Shown one piece after another: positions 26,039-32,000 of a stretch of 32,000 nt of DNA. Origin of the DNA: Candidatus Heimdallarchaeota archaeon B3_Heim (GTDB lineage Archaea > Asgardarchaeota > Heimdallarchaeia > Hodarchaeales > Hodarchaeaceae). Each line of letters opens with the position of its first letter. The first letter of the stretch is position 1. The translations under genes and the position numbers were made by a program. Location of the stretch: positions 30,001 through 62,000 of the forward strand of contig NJBF01000007.1 of the NCBI GenBank assembly GCA_003144275.1. Reading direction: 5' to 3'. The notes beneath the pieces were generated by a model, which did not search any database, was not told the DNA's origin, and saw nothing but the letters and a program-made list of their open reading frames with translations.

Positions 26039-28318
26039 ATGAAAAAATCGTTAAAATCCTTAATCTTTATTGTTTTAATAATGTCTCTTCTGACTCAAGT
26101 TAACATTGGCCAAAGTAGATCGAATTTCTCTCCAATAGCTGAAAAGAGAATAGTCAGTAAAACTGTTGCAACTGATGAGATGATCAAGGTAAACATTAAT
26201 GTGACTGCTCCCGGCACACATGATTTACCAGAATTTACAGTCATTATAATTAAATTGAACGAAATAGCCTCTAACCTACCAGTATCCATAGATTCTTTCG
26301 GTATGAATACACCTGAAAGCACAGATGATATTAAATGGAATGCTGCATATGTCACATATGAGGGTTCATTAATCCCGTCTCAAGTAGATGATGTCGATGG
26401 AATAACAGGATTTTCAGAAAATGATGAATTGCTATTTGCACTTCCAGAATCAGTCAATCTAGCTATAGGCCAGAGTGCTCAATTTATTGTCTACTTTAGC
26501 CTATTGGATTTGGATCTTCCTCCTCCATATTTTCCAGAAGTCTGCAGTCTCATTGTTTATCCAAAACTAAAGGCAATCGATGATCTTCATTCTGATATGA
26601 TTGACCCAAATGACGGGGCATATTACATTGGAAATGAGATCATACAAGGGGCAGTATTAATCGCAGCCGCATGGTCTTCGGGGACTATGTATGAATTGTC
26701 ACTTTTAGATGATCAAGGAGAGTCCCGATGGGATATAATTAAACAAAGAAGGGACCCCCCCCCCATTGATTCTCAGGTTTGGAAATGGTCTCGTTTTGCT
26801 CGATTTGAAGAGTTCACCTCGCAAAATCAATATGCTACTCGTCCCTATCCTGGAAAATTAGTCGAATTGATCCCTGGCCCTATTCGTGCCCGAATTACTG
26901 TACAAAGTACCCAACCCTACGTAAAAGGTGTATTTGGAGGACCAACGACACAAATAGATATATTTGGCTTATTCACGTATGATGTCTATGTTAATCAACC
27001 CTATCTTGACTATTCACTAGACATTACAGGCCCCAGCGCTGGTAGTATCGACGATCTTTCTCTTGAATTCCAAAACCGAGAATGGGGTGGTGGAAGACCT
27101 CAAACTCTTTATAAGGGAATATATATCCCAGGATATACCGAAGATATAGGCTATGGTGAAGGATGGGTTATGCGGGGCCCAGATGACACTGATATTCATA
27201 AAATTAATGCAAACATTTTTGATTCCCCGTGGTATCTCGAGGCATTATTGGAGGGCACAACAGTCATTCCTCCCTCATTAGCGGAACCAAATGACGACCA
27301 GCGTGGATATGGGTTCATTTTTGATGAGACTGGTTTCAGCAATCTTGAATGGAGTGCTTCAACTGAAGGTGTAAAGAACATGTATTCAGCAGCACAGTTT
27401 CCATTTAATACAAGATACCATCCATTCGATGGTGATATCCTTCAAGGGCAGGACAAAATTGAATTTATGGAAGATAAATATGACGAATATTTGAGACCTG
27501 ACCCCATATTCAGTTTTAATAGCTCTATCATCTCCATAACTGACATTCCTTTTGATTATCTTTTTGTTTCTTCACCCGATGTGGAACTTGACTTTGACAA
27601 TGCTTTATTGCAGGTAGAAAATATTACAGCTTTTGCCACTGATGTTGCTGAGTTTGTTACAAACCTTACTGCCACGAGTGCAACTTATAAAATTTTCAAC
27701 TTTAAAGAAAAGTCAGAAACGGAATTAACTGGTAGTTTAGTATGGGATCCTACTTCCCAAACATGGGGTATTCCAGAAATTGATGTCTCATCCTTGAACC
27801 TATACAGTTCTTACTTCATTTCAGCCACCTTTGAAACTTCCACACTTGCTGGAGAAAGTCCTCCATCCGCACGCTGGGGTGGTGGTATAGATGTTTTCCC
27901 CCCCATTATAGGTTCTGTTACCAGAAATCCTTCTGATATTGTTCGTAGTGGAGATAGGGTGAATATTAGTGCCTCAGTTGAAGACGATGAAGGTGAAGTC
28001 ACCTCTGTGATATTACTCTATAATCACAACGGTACATGGTATGATGTGCCAATGGACATGGCCTATGGATTATACAAAGCATCTATTCCTCCTCAAAAGC
28101 AGGGGACAACAGTTGAGTACAAAATCACTGCCTATGATGATGCTACCCCCGAAAATTTCAATACTTCAGAGGTTTACAGTTATACCGTTGCAGTAGAATA
28201 TTCCCCTGGACAGGGACTAGTGCCACTGTTTCTTGGAGGTGGAGTGCTAATTGCTGCTGTAATTCTAGCTCTAAAATCCGGAGCACTTCATAGATTGAAA
28301 TACGACGAAGTAGATTGA
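26039..28318 (+). CDS. Secreted surface protein with C-terminal TM anchor; beta-supersandwich/DUF4861-like N-part plus Ig-like domains
   Basis: GGTGA RBS at 26028-26032. Signal peptide MKKSLKSLIFIVLIMSLL. IPSQVDDVDG...DELLFALP and GPIRARITV motifs. Ig-like PPII...VNISASVEDD...VEYKITAYD. TM LVPLFLGGGVLIAAVILAL. About 8 sequons. Confidence 0.78.
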   Translation: MKKSLKSLIFIVLIMSLLTQVNIGQSRSNFSPIAEKRIVSKTVATDEMIKVNINVTAPGTHDLPEFTVIIIKLNEIASNLPVSIDSFGMNTPESTDDIKWNAAYVTYEGSLIPSQVDDVDGITGFSENDELLFALPESVNLAIGQSAQFIVYFSLLDLDLPPPYFPEVCSLIVYPKLKAIDDLHSDMIDPNDGAYYIGNEIIQGAVLIAAAWSSGTMYELSLLDDQGESRWDIIKQRRDPPPIDSQVWKWSRFARFEEFTSQNQYATRPYPGKLVELIPGPIRARITVQSTQPYVKGVFGGPTTQIDIFGLFTYDVYVNQPYLDYSLDITGPSAGSIDDLSLEFQNREWGGGRPQTLYKGIYIPGYTEDIGYGEGWVMRGPDDTDIHKINANIFDSPWYLEALLEGTTVIPPSLAEPNDDQRGYGFIFDETGFSNLEWSASTEGVKNMYSAAQFPFNTRYHPFDGDILQGQDKIEFMEDKYDEYLRPDPIFSFNSSIISITDIPFDYLFVSSPDVELDFDNALLQVENITAFATDVAEFVTNLTATSATYKIFNFKEKSETELTGSLVWDPTSQTWGIPEIDVSSLNLYSSYFISATFETSTLAGESPPSARWGGGIDVFPPIIGSVTRNPSDIVRSGDRVNISASVEDDEGEVTSVILLYNHNGTWYDVPMDMAYGLYKASIPPQKQGTTVEYKITAYDDATPENFNTSEVYSYTVAVEYSPGQGLVPLFLGGGVLIAAVILALKSGALHRLKYDEVD

Positions 28319-28320
28319 GA

Positions 28321-28353
28321 AGAAGAATCAGGGGACTGGCCTTCTTCTTTTTT
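28321..28353 (+). terminator. Hairpin plus T-run terminator
   Basis: AGAAGAA-t-CAG-ggga-CTG-gcc-TTCTTCT followed by TTTTT, immediately after the stop at 28318. Confidence 0.45.
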
Positions 28354-28504
28354 CCTTATTTTTAATAAAACTGGTTGTAATCTTAAATCAATCAAGTGAA
28401 ATTCAAATCTATCGCAAGTTCTCCTCTTCAAGAATAAACGTTTTTTTTTATTATTCTTGGGGGAAAAACGGTCAAATGGGGACAATAAGATAATAATTTT
28501 TCCA

Positions 28505-28528
28505 ACCCATATGATTCACCCATATGAT
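28505..28528. repeat. 11-bp direct repeat ACCCATATGAT x2 (13-bp period)
   Basis: Copies at 28505-28515 and 28518-28528, each containing the palindrome CATATG, about 150 nt upstream of the PGF-CTERM gene. Confidence 0.5.
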
Positions 28529-28590
28529 GATGAAAAAAAGAAGAATATTGGAGTTATACTTAAAAAAGATAAAAAATGATTGAGTCTGTT

Positions 28591-28622
28591 AATAGAAAAC
28601 ACGTTTGTGTGTTATTTCTATT
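28591..28622. promoter_or_regulatory. Imperfect inverted repeat upstream of the PGF-CTERM gene
   Basis: AATAGAAAACAC-gtttgt-GTGT(ta)TTTCTATT: 12 complementary pairs with a 2-nt bulge. Confidence 0.3.
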
Positions 28623-28679
28623 CTTTAGAGGAAAATATTTCGAATTCTAAAGCTATCAAGAAACTGATTGGTTTTTAAA

Positions 28680-30077
28680 ATGCAAAAGAAAAAGATTCAG
28701 ATCTTATCACTAGGTCTATTTATCCTAGTATTATTTATGCAATCCCCTCAAACTGGAACAGCTTCAGTTTCTGCATGGAATGCAGTTACTATTGTTGTTA
28801 CAGCAGGTAGTGATGGATTAGCCGCCGGAACGCCTATTATTATGGCTGATTCAGAATTTTCAGGCGATTTCGCCTTAGCAACTGCGGTTGTTATGGATGG
28901 TGACACAGAGCTTCCCACACAATATGACGTTGATCTTGGTGAGTTAGTCTTCCAACTTCCCGCCGCGATCGCCGCTAGTGGTGAACAAACTTTTGAAGTA
29001 GAAGCAAGTTCATCAGGAGATACAAATGATCAAACTACATCAATCACAATGACTCAAGGTAATTATAGCGAAACATACTCTGATTATCTTCCTGATTGGT
29101 CTTCTGCCCTCTTAATGAATGGTACAGCATTAGCCAATGATGTACATTCACTTGGAGATGTCATTTGGGTAGAAACAGATTGGGGTGTTCTTTGTTTACA
29201 GGTTGCAGCAGATTGGAGACATGGGACGTGGAAACATGTCATTCTGAAAGCTGAGAATTGGGATGCCGTAGGCGGTTTCCATAAAGCAGCTACCAACTGG
29301 AGATGGCGATGGGCTCAAGCACTTTTCCAAGATGCAGATGAAGGATGGCAAGTAGGTGGTCGCGGACCCGATACTATTGAAATTATGACTTATGGTCCAG
29401 TTAGAGCTGTTATTAGAGCAGTGGCCAATTCTGACTTCAAGGATAACTATGCTCAACAAGTTCAAAATATGAATGCAACTCGAACCTATACCATTTACAG
29501 CGGAACCCCTGGAATTGCTCAACATTTCACCTTAACTGGCACTAATGCTACACAAGCAATGACAGATTTTAAAGTCCTGAACGAATTGGATGAACCCCTG
29601 AGAATGAAACATCAGCTCATGGATAGCCAATTCAACACCTCTGATTCAAATAATCTATCCACAATTTACGTACCAGGTGATGCAACCTACGCTAGAGGAG
29701 GTGCGGCGGTATTTAACCTGTCAAAAATCACCGATCCCTACTTCGCTGTTTATAATGATGTGAGTAAGCACGGCTATGTTTACAATTATGGTCCATCTTC
29801 GATTATGGACAAATTGACAAACATAGACGTGGGAAATGAAGTTGTTATGAACTACGCGTTCGATGCTTTCCCAACTGGTGGATTTAATCGATATTGGACG
29901 CCTTTCAGCACTTTTACAGGGGCTATTGCTGATCACGCAGCAGCATTAAACACTATGTGGGTAGCGTCTTACACAACTGCTATGGAAGAACATGCCAAAC
30001 CTGCACCTGGGTTTGAAATCGTTATGGGAACTCTCACTTTAGTGGGTTTAGCGATATTCGTTAGAAAGAGAAGATAA
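28680..30077 (+). CDS. Secreted surface protein with PGF-CTERM-type sorting signal; paralog of the 26039 protein (track start TTG 28668)
   Basis: Signal peptide MQKKKIQILSLGLFILVLFM...ASVSA. LPTQYDVDLGELVFQLP and GPVRAVIRA motifs. C-terminus PAPGFEIVMGTLTLVGLAIFVRKRR (PGF, TM helix, basic cluster). Seven sequons. Confidence 0.8.
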   Translation: MQKKKIQILSLGLFILVLFMQSPQTGTASVSAWNAVTIVVTAGSDGLAAGTPIIMADSEFSGDFALATAVVMDGDTELPTQYDVDLGELVFQLPAAIAASGEQTFEVEASSSGDTNDQTTSITMTQGNYSETYSDYLPDWSSALLMNGTALANDVHSLGDVIWVETDWGVLCLQVAADWRHGTWKHVILKAENWDAVGGFHKAATNWRWRWAQALFQDADEGWQVGGRGPDTIEIMTYGPVRAVIRAVANSDFKDNYAQQVQNMNATRTYTIYSGTPGIAQHFTLTGTNATQAMTDFKVLNELDEPLRMKHQLMDSQFNTSDSNNLSTIYVPGDATYARGGAAVFNLSKITDPYFAVYNDVSKHGYVYNYGPSSIMDKLTNIDVGNEVVMNYAFDAFPTGGFNRYWTPFSTFTGAIADHAAALNTMWVASYTTAMEEHAKPAPGFEIVMGTLTLVGLAIFVRKRR

Positions 30078-30093
30078 ATCACTCCTCTCTCCC

Positions 30094-30120
30094 TTTTTTC
30101 TTTTTTCTTTATTTTATCTT
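30094..30120 (+). terminator. Archaeal oligo-T terminator
   Basis: TTTTTTCTTTTTTCTTTATTTTATCTT starting 17 nt after the stop codon, in a convergent intergenic region. Confidence 0.55.
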
Positions 30121-30221
30121 TGATTTCAAGATTTCCATTCTCAATTTGTTCTAAACAAAAACATTGTTCTGTTGATCGAACTTACTGCTCGCAAGTTCAT
30201 TCTAGGAGCATTTTGGATTTC

Positions 30222-32000
30222 TCATTTTCTTTTTGGTAACATCGTATAGGTAAGAACAGCTATCAGGGACAGCCCAGAGATTCCAAGAAAGAGGAGTATT
30301 GGTAATTCTTTGAAGGAGTTATTTCCAGCAGGAATCGTCGTAACGTTCACAATCGGAAGTATCCATTCTGTTGAAATTTCTGATAACGTTATATACGCAG
30401 AACCAAGAGGGGGAAGAACAGTATTGAATGATTCCCCTGGTTGGTATTGACCACTGAATGTCCCATTCACATATATATCGTATTGATCTGTTAAGTGTTT
30501 TAATGTAAATTCCAAGCTTTTTTGCTGTTCATAAGGATTAAAAATCATAAAAATACGATTTTCAGGTTCAGGCAAATAAGACTGGTCAAAAATATTTAGA
30601 TTCACGATCAATGATTTATTATCTGTTGCTTCTCCCAAAGCTTCAAACATCAAAAAGTTCCATAGTGTTTCTCCAGCCCCATAAATTTCTTTTCCGTTAT
30701 ATCCTGCTTTCAATGGGTCAGGATCATAAAAACCTCTAGAAGTATGATAATCTATATCCTCATAAGGAATATATTGAAGTGTAGTTGGTCCATAATCTCT
30801 TTCATAGACATCGGGGATGCTAGGACTAAAGAAATAAAAGTTCTTTATTCGATTTAAATTTAAAATTTTGAGGGGTTCAATAGCTTTGAATCCAGGTCTA
30901 AAATATAGATTTTTGAGGTAGGATGTCCAAAACATTATTGATTCGATGTTTTCTTTATATGCGGGTGCATTAATACCTCCCGTATTTACTTCCTTGGGAT
31001 TAGCGTAGGGGGAGTGCAATCCATCTCGCCAATTTGAGGGTAACCAAGGACTCGGCTCGGGATTAAATCCAAATGACCAATCGATTTCTCCATTATTATA
31101 ATAAAGAACTTGTTCTTCTGCATAGAATAAATCGATAGCTAGTTGTGCAAAATCAGTTGAGGACTCAATGACATCTACATATTGAAGAAGTCTTGATGCC
31201 GCAGCTACTCCTGCAGCTATTTCCTGTGGTTCATACATTAGCTTATATGGTTCTTTAACAGCTCTCATTGCTTCGAGAGCAGTTTTGGCTTCGTTTAAAT
31301 ATTCAATATTACCTGTAAGCTCATAAACATCTATTAAACTGTAGGCCAACAAACCAGAGGTGCCATAATTAATATTAGTATTTCGAGTCTGTTGTTTTGT
31401 CTCAACACTTACAAATTGGGGGAATAAATAATTGAAATTGTGAGCCATCTCTATAGCGCTACCGAGAGAGCCATAAAAAGATTCATTTAATACTGAAGCT
31501 TGGCTCATCATAAATATTTGCCCCCACTTCAAGACTGAATTTTCTAAATAATACCAAGAATCGTGATTGGTTTCCCCCGGACCATTGGTAGCCTGTTCAT
31601 AGATGATGGAATAATATAAAGGTAAACTATTAATGAATTCTTCTACGAGTGATTGTTGTGTAGAATTTGGTTGAAGTTGGAGATAACGATATAACGGCCA
31701 GATAACATCTACTGTCGCTATAAGTTCAGCACTTTCTCTAGTCCAATCCTCTCCTCCCCATCCATCAGCACCTTTCACATACGGACGAAATCCAATGTTT
31801 CCTCCAGAAAGATTGATCCAACATTCATCAAAAGTTAAAAGATCATCAATACTTTTTTTAGTGTAGTCTGTCCAATTCGTAGCATGATCAGGATAATCAG
31901 CATACGCAGGTAGAATGTCTATCGCGGTTTTACGTGACGTAATCATTGAATTCCAATCGGTATAGATATTTACTCCAGTATTAAATTCAGGTAGGCTAAA
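30222..32000 (-). CDS. Membrane-anchored extracellular paralog of the 808-aa helical-barrel protein; 5'-truncated by the window edge
   Basis: The frame stays open upstream of the track's ATG 31946 to base 32000 (FSLPEFNTGVNIYTDWNS-MITS...). C-terminal TM LPILLFLGISGLSLIAVLTYTML plus PKRK. About 8 sequons. Shares motif blocks with 13670..16096. Confidence 0.82.
   Translation of the reverse strand, partial: FSLPEFNTGVNIYTDWNSMITSRKTAIDILPAYADYPDHATNWTDYTKKSIDDLLTFDECWINLSGGNIGFRPYVKGADGWGGEDWTRESAELIATVDVIWPLYRYLQLQPNSTQQSLVEEFINSLPLYYSIIYEQATNGPGETNHDSWYYLENSVLKWGQIFMMSQASVLNESFYGSLGSAIEMAHNFNYLFPQFVSVETKQQTRNTNINYGTSGLLAYSLIDVYELTGNIEYLNEAKTALEAMRAVKEPYKLMYEPQEIAAGVAAASRLLQYVDVIESSTDFAQLAIDLFYAEEQVLYYNNGEIDWSFGFNPEPSPWLPSNWRDGLHSPYANPKEVNTGGINAPAYKENIESIMFWTSYLKNLYFRPGFKAIEPLKILNLNRIKNFYFFSPSIPDVYERDYGPTTLQYIPYEDIDYHTSRGFYDPDPLKAGYNGKEIYGAGETLWNFLMFEALGEATDNKSLIVNLNIFDQSYLPEPENRIFMIFNPYEQQKSLEFTLKHLTDQYDIYVNGTFSGQYQPGESFNTVLPPLGSAYITLSEISTEWILPIVNVTTIPAGNNSFKELPILLFLGISGLSLIAVLTYTMLPKRK

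Noticed and set aside
28298-28318. YDEV at the cytoplasmic tail of the 759-aa protein, resembling a eukaryotic YxxPhi sorting signal
   Set aside because: A four-residue degenerate motif is easily matched by chance, and there is no supporting adaptor gene in the window.
28288-28485. 65-aa minus-strand ORF in the long intergenic region
   Set aside because: It overlaps the end of the upstream gene and its terminator, and has low-complexity Lys/Arg content from T-runs.
1032-29936. Numerous 60-130 aa ORFs nested in or antisense to long genes (for example 2884..3279, 3732..4049, 10175..10546, 18173..18481, 29196..29525)
   Set aside because: They fully overlap well-supported CDSs and show no recognisable features.
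1-32000. CRISPR arrays, tRNA/rRNA genes, IS elements, integrases
   Set aside because: I saw no regularly spaced repeats, cloverleaf or rRNA-like segments, or transposase/integrase motifs, and the intergenic gaps are short.

Overview
AT-rich, gene-dense archaeal DNA. Archaeal origin is supported by GGTGA/AGGAG ribosome-binding sites, an F420 biosynthesis gene (cofD), a PGF-CTERM-type protein and oligo-T terminators. An Asgard/Heimdallarchaeia-like origin is my inference only. I found no rRNA, tRNA, CRISPR array or mobile element. After a 3'-truncated cofD and a lipoate-protein ligase, about 30 kb forms one apparent glycan-utilisation locus. Intracellular enzymes: GH38 alpha-mannosidase, GH130 mannoside phosphorylase-like protein, GH2 beta-mannosidase and a Zn-dependent dehydrogenase. 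Unusual membrane machinery: a minimal FtsX/MacB permease with no ectodomain, two tandem LolD/MacB-type ATPases, a 1501-aa PA/M28-pseudopeptidase-FtsX fusion, and two OPT-like/DUF6785-like polytopic proteins. Small accessory proteins: a stand-alone PqqD/RRE-like protein, a Cys4 protein, a 2-TM protein and two hypotheticals. Also present are two paralogous surface-anchored proteins and two paralogous uncharacterised helical-barrel proteins, one cytoplasmic and one membrane-anchored. The best candidate for an undescribed system is a type VII ABC plus OPT-like composite uptake machine for mannose-rich glycans or glycopeptides, with a possible new glycoside hydrolase family. All family calls come from motif recognition by eye; no searches were run.
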